Shown in pieces: positions 10,083-18,096 of a DNA stretch of 64,000 bases (position 1 is the stretch's first letter; each line of letters begins with the position of its first letter). The notes beneath the pieces were generated by a model. That model was not told the origin of the DNA and made no database searches. It worked only from the letters and a program-made list of their open reading frames with translations. The DNA is from Kiritimatiellia bacterium (GTDB lineage: Bacteria; Verrucomicrobiota; Kiritimatiellia; RFP12; UBA1067). A program made the translations under genes and the position numbers. The stretch lies in assembly GCA_017395505.1 (NCBI GenBank), contig JAFPUH010000037.1, positions 59,226-123,225 of the forward strand, read 5' to 3'.

Positions 10083-11303
10083 TCATTCGTCGATCGGTGG
10101 TTCGTAGCCGGGAGTGATGTCGTCGTTTGGCGTCGGCTCGACCGGCATTATCTTGATGCCGGGGCCGAGCTTGGAAGTTCCGGAAAGCACGACGCGCTCG
10201 CCAGGCTCAAGCCCGGTGACGACAGGCACCCAGCCTTCGAAGTTCTCCTTGATCTCGACGGGACGCTGCTCGACCGTCATGTCTTCGCGGACGACCCACA
10301 CGCCCTGGTTGCCGCCAGGCAGGTCGAACACGCACTGCTGGGGAATCGACGGATATACCGGCGGATTGGCGTAGTCGGTAAGAAGCGTAACGTAGCTGTT
10401 CGGTATCAGCAGCCGCTCTGGGTTGGGGAACGAGAGGCGCATCATGATCGAGGCGGTCTCCTTCGACATCTGGTTGTCGTCGAAGTCCCACGCGCCCTCC
10501 TGGTCGTACTCGCTGCCGTCTGGCAGCAGGAGGCGCATGCGGAACTCGTGGGCCATGCCCTTCCTCTGCGCCTGACGCCATGCGATATATGCACGGTCGG
10601 TGAGGGGGAACGAGACGCGGATCGGGTCGATCTGAACGATTTTCGCGAGAGGCCCCTTGGACGGCGCGACATAGTCGCCGAGGTGGGCGATTGTCTTGCC
10701 GATCTGACCGGAGATGGGCGCGACTACCTTCGCCTTCTTGAGGTCGTATTCCGCGACCACGAGATTGGCCCTTGCCTGCATCACCTTCGCTCTGGCGCTC
10801 GCGAAGCCAGCCTCGGCATCGTCAAGTTCCTTCTCGGTGATGCCGCGCGAATCGGCCTTCTCCATACGCTCGTAGTAGCGCTGTGCGCGACGCTCCTCGG
10901 CCTCGGCGGCGGATAGATCGGCCTTGCGCTGGTTCACTACGGCCTGATAGCGTTCGTCGTCAAGCACGTAGAGAAGCTGCCCTGCCTGGACGATATCGCC
11001 TTCCTTGAAGGTGATCTCCTTGATGTATCCGTCAACCTGCGGCAGAAGCTCGACCTCCTGGATAGCCTCGGCATGTGCCACGAAGCGTTCCGGCAGGTTG
11101 TAGACGCGGTTTTCGACGTTGGTCAGCGCGACGGTCTGCGGCATTCCTGCCATCGCCGCCATGGGATTGGCCGCCGCCGGCTTCTCGGCCGGCACGAGTT
11201 CGCGCGCAACCCAACCGCCGACTGCACAGACCGCAGCCAGCACAACAGTTCCTATAAGTGCGCCGATTGCGCCCTTCGATTCTTTTTTCGTGGCTTCTGC
11301 CAT
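10083..11303 (-). CDS. RND efflux periplasmic adaptor (membrane fusion protein, AcrA/HlyD family)
   Basis: 406 aa; N-terminal TM, coiled-coil, lipoyl/beta-barrel motifs (VAPISGQIG). First gene of the MFP-RND-OMF operon. Confidence 0.9.
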   Translation of the reverse strand: MAEATKKESKGAIGALIGTVVLAAVCAVGGWVARELVPAEKPAAANPMAAMAGMPQTVALTNVENRVYNLPERFVAHAEAIQEVELLPQVDGYIKEITFKEGDIVQAGQLLYVLDDERYQAVVNQRKADLSAAEAEERRAQRYYERMEKADSRGITEKELDDAEAGFASARAKVMQARANLVVAEYDLKKAKVVAPISGQIGKTIAHLGDYVAPSKGPLAKIVQIDPIRVSFPLTDRAYIAWRQAQRKGMAHEFRMRLLLPDGSEYDQEGAWDFDDNQMSKETASIMMRLSFPNPERLLIPNSYVTLLTDYANPPVYPSIPQQCVFDLPGGNQGVWVVREDMTVEQRPVEIKENFEGWVPVVTGLEPGERVVLSGTSKLGPGIKIMPVEPTPNDDITPGYEPPIDE

Positions 11304-11322
11304 ATCATCCTCCCTAGAGTTT

Positions 11323-11350
11323 GCACCTTTGCAAGGTATGGTGCATGTAT
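11323..11350. promoter_or_regulatory. Imperfect palindrome TTGCACC-TTTGCAAGG-TATGGTGCA in the 5' leader of the efflux operon (operator-like)
   Basis: Lies between the -10 (rc of 11361-11366, AGGTATAAT) and the MFP ATG. Related to the perfect palindrome CCGCACCATATTTGCAAATATGGTGCGG at 18044-18071. Confidence 0.35.
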
Positions 11351-11417
11351 AGGTAGTGTATTATACCTAATTTTGCGGGTCTGCGTCAAATGCTGACGCG
11401 ATATGAAGAAGGCTTCG

Positions 11418-11912
11418 TTACTTGGCCGGAGGCTTCGGCCACTCCACACCCGACATGGTTTCGTCGAGCTTCTTCAGGAACGCCTTGGGACCGCCCTGCG
11501 TATAGCCGCCAATCCGCCTGACGACCTCGCCTTTCGAATCGGTTATGACCATCGACGGAAATCCGCTTATCGAGTATTTCTGGAGCAGTTCCGGATTCTG
11601 CTTCGCAGCGAGGTTCGAGAGCCTCTTCCTGTCCTTGGGATGGTCTATCATGACCAGCACATACTTCTTCGAGGCGCGCTTTATGAACGCACTCTGGGAA
11701 AACACCTCGGCATCCATGCGGACGCAGTAGCCGCACCAGTCCGAGCCGGAAAACGCCATGAACACAAGCTTGCCTTCGCTTTCGGCCTTTTCCCTTGCCT
11801 TGGCCACATCCTCCATCCAGCCCTTCGGTACGCTTCGCGAAACCGACGGCGCGGCATTCGCGACCACGGTGAACATAGCCAATACGACCGCAACTGCATT
11901 CTTTACTTTCAT
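11418..11912 (-). CDS. Secreted thioredoxin-like protein (SGSDWCGYC motif; DUF255/thioredoxin_7-like)
   Basis: 164 aa with signal peptide and a CxxC in a thioredoxin-like context. The motif GSDWC is shared with the N-terminus of the 50269..53418 protein. TGTAAAAT sits 6 nt before the ATG, so the transcript is likely leaderless. Confidence 0.6.
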   Translation of the reverse strand: MKVKNAVAVVLAMFTVVANAAPSVSRSVPKGWMEDVAKAREKAESEGKLVFMAFSGSDWCGYCVRMDAEVFSQSAFIKRASKKYVLVMIDHPKDRKRLSNLAAKQNPELLQKYSISGFPSMVITDSKGEVVRRIGGYTQGGPKAFLKKLDETMSGVEWPKPPAK

Positions 11913-12042
11913 GCGCGTATTTTACAAAATGGCGGCGACTTTGTCAATCGCCTGCTAGAGAGGGATGCCCATGAACCCGGCATTGGAGAAGACCACCGCA
12001 AGCCGAAGGACTTCCCCTGGACGCAACCTGGCTGCGGGAGCA

Positions 12043-14094
12043 TCACTTCTTCACGACCGTGAAGACGTTGCGGTTGCCGACCCTCTCGTATGTGACCGAA
12101 TCGGACATCTTCTTGACCATCATTATGCCAAGACCGCCGATTGGCCTTTCAGCCGCGGAAAGCGTCGTGTCCGGATCGGTGTGCGACAGCGGATCGTACT
12201 CGTCGCCATCGTCTATGAACGACATCTTTACGCATTCGGGATTCTCATTCTCCTCAAGGTCCACCTCGAAGCAGGTCGCTCCGGAATGCTTTACGATGTT
12301 CGAGCATATCTCGTCCAGTATTATGTGGAGCGTCGGCAGAAGGCTCTTGCGCTCGACCGTCTCGTCGAGGAAGTCGGACGCGGCTGCGACACCGGCCTGG
12401 GTCGACGGGAACGACTTTGCGCGGCGCGTGCCGTTGAACCTCAAGAGGAGCTGCGTGCAGTCGTCGGCCTGCTCGACACCGAGGCCATGGGCCCTCACGC
12501 ACGCCAGAACGGCGCCGAGGATGCGCGAACGCGAACCTTCGAACAGCGGAGTGCCGCCGGCGAGCATCGACGAGATGTCCTGCTCTAGGCGTTCTTCGCC
12601 GAACAGCACGTTCTTGGCGTCAGGCTGCTCGGTGATTCCGTCCGTGTAAAGGTATATCGCGTCGCCTGGCTTGAGCTGAAGCGTCTCGCTGCGGTACTTG
12701 ACGCCCGGCATGACGCCGAGCACGAGACCGGGTGTCGAGCGCATGAAGCTCGTGCGGCGGCCATCCTTGTCGGGAGCCTCCGATATGAATATCGGCGGGT
12801 TGTGTCCTGCGTTCACGTAGTTGACGGTGCCGGTCACGAGATCTATCTCGCCAACCCATGCCGTGACGAACATGTTTGCGCCGTTGTCGCGGCTCAGGGC
12901 CTCGTTCGCGGTCGTGACGACCTCGTCGATCGGCCTGCCCGTCTGGGCGATGCCCTTTATGGACGCCTTCGCCCTCATCATGAAGAGCGCGGCCGGAACG
13001 CCCTTTCCGCTCACGTCCGCGATCAGGAACGTCACCTTGGCCGGACCCGAGAAGTAGAAGTCGTAGAAGTCGCCTCCGACATCCTTCGCCGTGTTCATGT
13101 CGGCGAAGATGTCTATCCGGTGCTCTCCGGGGAACGGCGGGAAGGTACGCGGAATGGCGCTCTCCTGGATCTCGGAAGCCATCGCCATCTCCTTCTTGCG
13201 CTGCGCGGAGATTTGCCCTTTGACATAGCCTGCAATGACGATTCCCACCAGGAACGAGGCCAGAATGAGGGCCATTCCGTTCAGGAACGCCGATGTTGCG
13301 ACGAGTACACGCCTTTCAACTATCGCAGTGCGCTTGGGAATGACGGCATATACCGGGAAGCCCTCGATTATGCGCTTCTCGCAATAGCTCTCTTCGCCAG
13401 GATCGACCCACTGGCCGCCCTCGCAACCGGCCTCGGGATGCGATATGATCGTGCCGTTGACCGTCGTTATGAATATGCCGCCGTTGTCCCCGCTCACATG
13501 CCAGCCGTGTGTCAGGCCCGTGACTGCGGTTCTGGACAGGTTGCGCACCGACTGCGGCCGGGCGCCGACCTGCACGAAGCCGCCGTCAGGCAGCCACACG
13601 CCGACATACTTTACCATATCGCCGCGAAGCGTGTTGGGCAGAAGAGGCTGGGTCACCTCGAATTTGTCTGTGAGCAGCGCAGCAAACTCCTTCGCCTGGC
13701 CGTCCGCCTTGGTGAAGTCTAGAGCCCCCACCTCCTCGCGGCGCGCGCTGTGTGTAAGCATTCCGTCGGAGTTGACGATGCATATCTCGTCGACGCGAAG
13801 CTCGTCGGCCACATTCCTGAGCCGGCGGCACGACTCGTCGGGATCGTTCCACCACGGCTCTTCGCGCATCTCGTAGTATTTGTCGCGAAGCAGCATCGCC
13901 TGGCGCAGCATCTTGGCGTCCACACGCTCGCGAATGTCGACCGCGACATCATTGAATACGTTGTCGAAGATGCGCTGCATCTCCCGCTTCGTCATCTTCT
14001 CGTGAAGAATCCACGTAAGCACCATCGACGCGACGAACGCTATGGCGACAGCGCCGACGAGCCTAAATACAAGTCTGCGATTGGATGTCTTCAT
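12043..14094 (-). CDS. Membrane sensor PP2C (SpoIIE/RsbU-type) serine phosphatase fused to a C-terminal RsbW/SpoIIAB-type HATPase kinase domain
   Basis: 683 aa: TM1, a periplasmic domain of about 230 aa, TM2, a PP2C domain (DVSGKG, DGITE motifs), then a HATPase_c N-box and G-boxes (DDGDEYD, GGLGIMMVKKMSD). Confidence 0.85.
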   Translation of the reverse strand: MKTSNRRLVFRLVGAVAIAFVASMVLTWILHEKMTKREMQRIFDNVFNDVAVDIRERVDAKMLRQAMLLRDKYYEMREEPWWNDPDESCRRLRNVADELRVDEICIVNSDGMLTHSARREEVGALDFTKADGQAKEFAALLTDKFEVTQPLLPNTLRGDMVKYVGVWLPDGGFVQVGARPQSVRNLSRTAVTGLTHGWHVSGDNGGIFITTVNGTIISHPEAGCEGGQWVDPGEESYCEKRIIEGFPVYAVIPKRTAIVERRVLVATSAFLNGMALILASFLVGIVIAGYVKGQISAQRKKEMAMASEIQESAIPRTFPPFPGEHRIDIFADMNTAKDVGGDFYDFYFSGPAKVTFLIADVSGKGVPAALFMMRAKASIKGIAQTGRPIDEVVTTANEALSRDNGANMFVTAWVGEIDLVTGTVNYVNAGHNPPIFISEAPDKDGRRTSFMRSTPGLVLGVMPGVKYRSETLQLKPGDAIYLYTDGITEQPDAKNVLFGEERLEQDISSMLAGGTPLFEGSRSRILGAVLACVRAHGLGVEQADDCTQLLLRFNGTRRAKSFPSTQAGVAAASDFLDETVERKSLLPTLHIILDEICSNIVKHSGATCFEVDLEENENPECVKMSFIDDGDEYDPLSHTDPDTTLSAAERPIGGLGIMMVKKMSDSVTYERVGNRNVFTVVKK

Positions 14095-14768
14095 TTCTCG
14101 CCCCTCGCCGCAATCACCTCGTCTAGCGCCGCCTTCAGGCGGACGTTCCCCTTGCCGAGAGCTATGCCGAAGTTCTCGCGCGTCTCCAGCCGTGACGCCG
14201 CCAGCTCGCCGCCGGACAACTCCGCGGTATGCCTGACGGCGCTGCTGTCGAAGAATACCGCATCGACGCGTCTGGCCCTCAAAGCCTTCAATGCCAAAGG
14301 ATACGTATCGTAGCGTATCGGATCTATGTTGTGCGCCGACAGGTAGAAGTCGTAGGTAGACGCATCAATGGTCGCAACGCGCAGGTTCTCGACCAAGATC
14401 ATTGTCGGCATGCGCTCGCTGGCGCGGTAGAGGAACATTCCGCCCTCGTGCGCATACGGCTCCGAGAAATCTACGGCCTGGAGACGCCCCTCGGTGATCG
14501 TTATCGTGGACGCCGCCATGTCGGCCTTGCCAGAACTGACCATCGGCAGAAGGTCGGGGAACTTCGCCCAGCGGACCTCAAGCCCGCGCCCAAGCTTTGC
14601 GGCGGCTTCGCGCGCTATGTCAATCTCTATGCCGACGATCTCGCCGGTCGCTTCGTCGCGGTATGAGAACGGTGGAGTGTCTGTAGTCGTTATGAGCACA
14701 AGCGGCGGCTCGGCCGCCACGAGGGACGTCGCCAGAAGGACGCCCAGAAACGCAAGACTGCTTTTCAC
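14091..14768 (-). CDS. Periplasmic solute-binding protein, family 3 (amino-acid-binding type), orphan (no permease or ATPase nearby)
   Basis: 225 aa, signal peptide, SBP_bac_3-like sequence. ATGA overlap with the downstream phosphatase-kinase gene. Confidence 0.75.
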   Translation of the reverse strand: MKSSLAFLGVLLATSLVAAEPPLVLITTTDTPPFSYRDEATGEIVGIEIDIAREAAAKLGRGLEVRWAKFPDLLPMVSSGKADMAASTITITEGRLQAVDFSEPYAHEGGMFLYRASERMPTMILVENLRVATIDASTYDFYLSAHNIDPIRYDTYPLALKALRARRVDAVFFDSSAVRHTAELSGGELAASRLETRENFGIALGKGNVRLKAALDEVIAARGEK

Positions 14769-14770
14769 GG

Positions 14771-15064
14771 TCAGACGATCGTAAAGATGGAACTCATGCC
14801 CGTGATGTCGAAGACGCTCTTGACCATCTCGTTCGGGCTCACGATGGACATCTTGCCACCAGAGACCATCATCGCCTTCTGCGCACCCATGAGAACGCGT
14901 AGACCTGCGGACGAGATATATTCAAGATCGGCAAAGTCGAACAGTATCTCCGTTACGCCGTCAAGCTTAAGCTCGCCCTCAAGCTCCGGCGAGGTGTTGG
15001 TGTCGAGGCGCCCCTCGACCTTGAGCGTAAGGCATCCGTTTTCCAGTTTCTTCTCGATTTTCAT
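14771..15064 (-). CDS. STAS-domain anti-sigma-factor antagonist (SpoIIAA/RsbV-like)
   Basis: 97 aa; DLEYISSAGLRVL carries the conserved phosphorylatable Ser in a STAS fold. First gene of the operon; SD AAGGAA 8 nt before the ATG. Confidence 0.8.
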   Translation of the reverse strand: MKIEKKLENGCLTLKVEGRLDTNTSPELEGELKLDGVTEILFDFADLEYISSAGLRVLMGAQKAMMVSGGKMSIVSPNEMVKSVFDITGMSSIFTIV

Positions 15065-15102
15065 TTATGGTTTCCTTGTAGGCTAAATAGCAGTATGCTT
15101 TA

Positions 15103-15114
15103 TATATTATACCA
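15103..15114 (-). promoter_or_regulatory. Extended -10 promoter TGGTATAAT for the STAS / SBP / phosphatase-kinase operon
   Basis: rc of 15106-15114 is TGGTATAAT; about 34-nt leader with an SD. Confidence 0.5.
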
Positions 15115-15205
15115 AATTTGCCTCGTCTCGTGTGCTGGGAATTTTTGCAAAGACCACAAGGTAGGTGGACTCATGTACAGCCAAGAGCAAAATCCAGTTT
15201 CGCAT

Positions 15206-15380
15206 GGTTTGCGAAGTTGTTTTGGCAAAAATGGAGGTGGTAAGTATAGAAATATAGTATATATTAGATATATATTACTAATTATATTTTACACACAAAA
15301 ACAATTTCGCAACGCGCAGGGGGGTACCCTTATAACATGGCACACCCCATGCGAAGTTGGATTTTTGCGAAGTTGGATTT
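15206..15380. promoter_or_regulatory. Three copies of TGCGAAGTTG(G/T)(A/T)TTT (two in tandem at 15348-15380) plus a 60-bp AT-rich tract, upstream of the partner-switching operon promoter
   Basis: Direct repeats at about 15208-15223, 15348-15362 and 15367-15381. The AT-rich block 15241-15300 contrasts with the 65% GC background. Confidence 0.35.
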
Positions 15381-15386
15381 GCCCTG

Positions 15387-16010
15387 CTATGCGTTTACCC
15401 GCATATCCGCCCAGAGCTGTTCCTGTGCCTCGATGACGAGAAGCATCATTTCGCGGGTCGCGTCATCGATTTCGGCCGCTTCGTACCGTGCATTTGCGAT
15501 GTTGCCGAGCATGATCAGCGCCTCCGTCCACATCTCGTACGAGCAGGAGTCCTTCCTTTTGGCGAGTTTCGCACCTTCGAGAACGTATGCATCGAGCGCC
15601 GTTCGCACATCGCGCTGGAATACGCTCTCGTCGAAAAGCGTGTCGGTGTCGTTGGGGTCGTTCTCGTCGTCGGGGTCCTTGAGCCTGTATTCGAACGTCG
15701 CATCGAAGGCCATGACGAACATCACGACCTCCATGAGCTGGCGCTTGCTGTCGAATTCAAGCGGAAGGCGGCATACGCCGTTCGCGAGACTGTCGGAGTC
15801 CTCATTGATAGCCTTTAGAATGTGGCTCTTCACATTCTCGCGCCTTTCGGCGTCCAGTGAGGGATTCGCCGGCTGCCTGTCGTAGCCGAAGTAGAACATT
15901 TTCAGTATGGGACGCCAGAAGTCGTCCGTCCTGCGCTCCTTTGCGGCCTCCCAGTCAAGGACTTCGCCGTCGGTTCTCTGCGTCTTGCCAATGAAATCGA
16001 GCGTCTTCAT
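15387..16010 (-). CDS. Hypothetical acidic protein (207 aa), downstream partner of the P-loop protein
   Basis: ORF with a 4-nt overlap (16007-16010) to the upstream gene. No recognisable family. Confidence 0.5.
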   Translation of the reverse strand: MKTLDFIGKTQRTDGEVLDWEAAKERRTDDFWRPILKMFYFGYDRQPANPSLDAERRENVKSHILKAINEDSDSLANGVCRLPLEFDSKRQLMEVVMFVMAFDATFEYRLKDPDDENDPNDTDTLFDESVFQRDVRTALDAYVLEGAKLAKRKDSCSYEMWTEALIMLGNIANARYEAAEIDDATREMMLLVIEAQEQLWADMRVNA

Positions 16011-17779
16011 TTCGCGTTCCCCTTCTTTATGACGTATTTGGTGCCCTTTCCGTTCGAGCCGATTCTATGGAGTATCGTCACCTCGTCGCGATCTTCGAGG
16101 GTTTCCTCTATCTTGTCCATCTCGAACTTGGTGACATGCAGCCCCTTTGTGATTTCCGAGCGCATCACTCCCGCGTCGCCTGCCTTGCGGATCATGCGGA
16201 TCGCGGCGAGCACCTTCTCGTCCGTCTCGTTTGTCGCCGCGTAGTCTCGCGCCATCTGCAGCATGCGGCCCTGGATCGCCTTGACGAGCGCCCACGCCCA
16301 GCGGACGCCCTCGACGGAGATAACCGGCCTTTCGATGTCGGCGCTGATCGCGTGCAGGAGCGCGAGCTTGAGGACCAGTTCGACCGAACGTCCCCACACC
16401 GACTCCTCCATCGCGTCGCCCGCCGCCTTTTCGTAGAGCGCGTCCGACTCGTCGGAGACCTTGCGAGCCTCCTCCTCGGCTTCCGGCGACATCTGCACGA
16501 GATACGGCTGTATAGGCCCCCTGTCGCCCGCAGGCGGGGGCATCGCCGCAAGCCGCGACACCTTGTCGGTCACGAAATACGGCACGGGGTTCGCCTCCAG
16601 CCCCGACTTGAAGTTGTCCTTGCTGCGGGGCCCCGCCTCGAATACGAGGCAGCGCCCGAGAAGTCCGCCCGTAAGCGCGCGCTGGCTGAGGGCGCTGTAG
16701 AAGTTGCTCGGCGTCGCTGTCGCGAACATCGAGAAAGAGGGCTTTACGATGTCCTCTCGGCCCTGCGGCTTGTTGGGGCCGGCGGCCTTGGCGCGCGTCG
16801 TGTGGATCGAGCCGGACGACGTGAAGATGCTCAGCATCAAGCGCCAGAGGGATTCCGTCGCCGAGCTGCTGTTGCGGTCGCTCTTGAGCTCGCGAAGCAC
16901 CGAGTCGTACTCGTCGAACTGGCAAAGGAGCGTCGGCGAGTTGAGGAGCGCATCCTCGAGGCCCTGTCCAGAGGCGACGTTCTGTATGACGGACGACGAC
17001 ATGCGGACGTTCGCGGCGAGGTTCTTTATCACCTTTCGGGGGTGGTCCTTGCCGGTCGCGGAGCCGGCGAGCGCGATTATGTAGAGGTTTGGGTATGCGT
17101 CGCGGGGGCCGACGAACTTGCGTCCCGCCAGGTGGGCGAGGAACACGAGCGAGCCCGCGAAGGAAAGCACGCGATTCGGACGGTGGGCCGAGAGCATCAT
17201 GTATTCGGTGAGCTCGTTCACGAAGCCGGGCACATTGAGGAGCGACTCGTCGATCGCGCCCTGGTTCTGGGGCGAGGACGCCTTCTCGGGGGCCGGCGCG
17301 GCCTCGTCGCCGCAGGGCGGCAGGGTGATGGTCGAGATCATGTCTCGAGCGGCCGTGTAGCGGCTCGTCACCTCCTCGTTGAGCGCGGAAAGCGCAAACT
17401 GGCGGGCCTCGAAGGACGGGAAGCTCCGCATGTTGATGTCTTCGGTGCCGCGCCTGAGGTCGCGCTCGCACACGACGGACACGAACTCGCGGAAGTCGGT
17501 GCGAATCGTGGCGGTACTCGCCGCGAGGCCATTGAAGAAGTCCAGAAACCCGTCGTCGGCCAGCTCCGGCATGCTCTTTACGGCCGCAACGCCGCGTACT
17601 ATGGCGTCTTGGCTCGTTTCGTTCATAAGCGCACGGAAAGCGGCGCTTCGGCTGTCGCTCGAGAAATAGCTGTTCTCAATTCCGATCCGCTCGACAAGGA
17701 GTTTCGCCTGCCGCGCGAACTGCACAAGATGAGACAGCACCGCATACTCAAGCCGCTCTTCTTTGGTGATGTCTTTCAT
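16007..17779 (-). CDS. P-loop NTPase-like protein resembling the DUF3987 / VirE (phage-plasmid primase C-terminal-like) family, with a C-terminal winged-helix-like region
   Basis: 590 aa from the internal ATG at 17779. The longer track ORF to 17959 would read through the REP-like repeat. Deviant Walker A LYIIALAGSATGKD and Walker-B-like LLCQFDEYD. TGGTATAAT sits 8 nt upstream of the ATG, suggesting a leaderless transcript. Confidence 0.55.
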   Translation of the reverse strand: MKDITKEERLEYAVLSHLVQFARQAKLLVERIGIENSYFSSDSRSAAFRALMNETSQDAIVRGVAAVKSMPELADDGFLDFFNGLAASTATIRTDFREFVSVVCERDLRRGTEDINMRSFPSFEARQFALSALNEEVTSRYTAARDMISTITLPPCGDEAAPAPEKASSPQNQGAIDESLLNVPGFVNELTEYMMLSAHRPNRVLSFAGSLVFLAHLAGRKFVGPRDAYPNLYIIALAGSATGKDHPRKVIKNLAANVRMSSSVIQNVASGQGLEDALLNSPTLLCQFDEYDSVLRELKSDRNSSSATESLWRLMLSIFTSSGSIHTTRAKAAGPNKPQGREDIVKPSFSMFATATPSNFYSALSQRALTGGLLGRCLVFEAGPRSKDNFKSGLEANPVPYFVTDKVSRLAAMPPPAGDRGPIQPYLVQMSPEAEEEARKVSDESDALYEKAAGDAMEESVWGRSVELVLKLALLHAISADIERPVISVEGVRWAWALVKAIQGRMLQMARDYAATNETDEKVLAAIRMIRKAGDAGVMRSEITKGLHVTKFEMDKIEETLEDRDEVTILHRIGSNGKGTKYVIKKGNAK

Positions 17780-17820
17780 GGCTACTATTATACCAAAAAT
17801 GGCGAGACGGTGCGTCGCAC

Positions 17821-18030
17821 AGGTCCCGGCGGGCAAGGCGTCAAAGTCCCAGGACCCCAGACTATTTTGCCCTGCCACTTTTCGTATTGGAGTCCCAGGA
17901 CCCCAGACGTCAAACCCCCAGGACTTTGACCCCTTGGGTCCTAGGACTTCACACCTCAAAGTCCTAGGACTTCATACCCCAAAGTCCTAGGACTTTGCTC
18001 GCCTCTCCGCGTGACCCCTTCAAGCCGCCT
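17821..18030. repeat. REP-like intergenic element, copy A (about 210 bp) with three GTCCTAGGAC palindromes; homologous to 58599..58760
   Basis: Alignable to copy B from AGGTCC(C/A)GGCGGGCAAGGCGTCAAAGTCCC through GACTTTGCTC.CCT.CCGCGTG. Several nested inverted repeats. Confidence 0.8.
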
Positions 18031-18043
18031 CGAAGAACCACTT

Positions 18044-18071
18044 TCCGCACCATATTTGCAAATATGGTGCG
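18044..18071. repeat. Perfect 28-bp palindrome CCGCACCATATTTGCAAATATGGTGCGG
   Basis: Seen directly in sequence. It sits 26 nt past the stop of the 18097..20262 gene and is not followed by a T-tract. Confidence 0.8.
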
Positions 18072-18096
18072 GAATTCTAACGCCCGTAATATTACG

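Noticed and set aside
17780-17959. 60-codon N-terminal extension of the 16007..17959 ORF
   Set aside because: The extension reads through the REP-A repeat. Its GSWDFDALPAG peptide is re-created inside REP-B by the spurious ORF 58414..58656. A TGGTATAAT promoter sits just upstream of the internal ATG at 17779.
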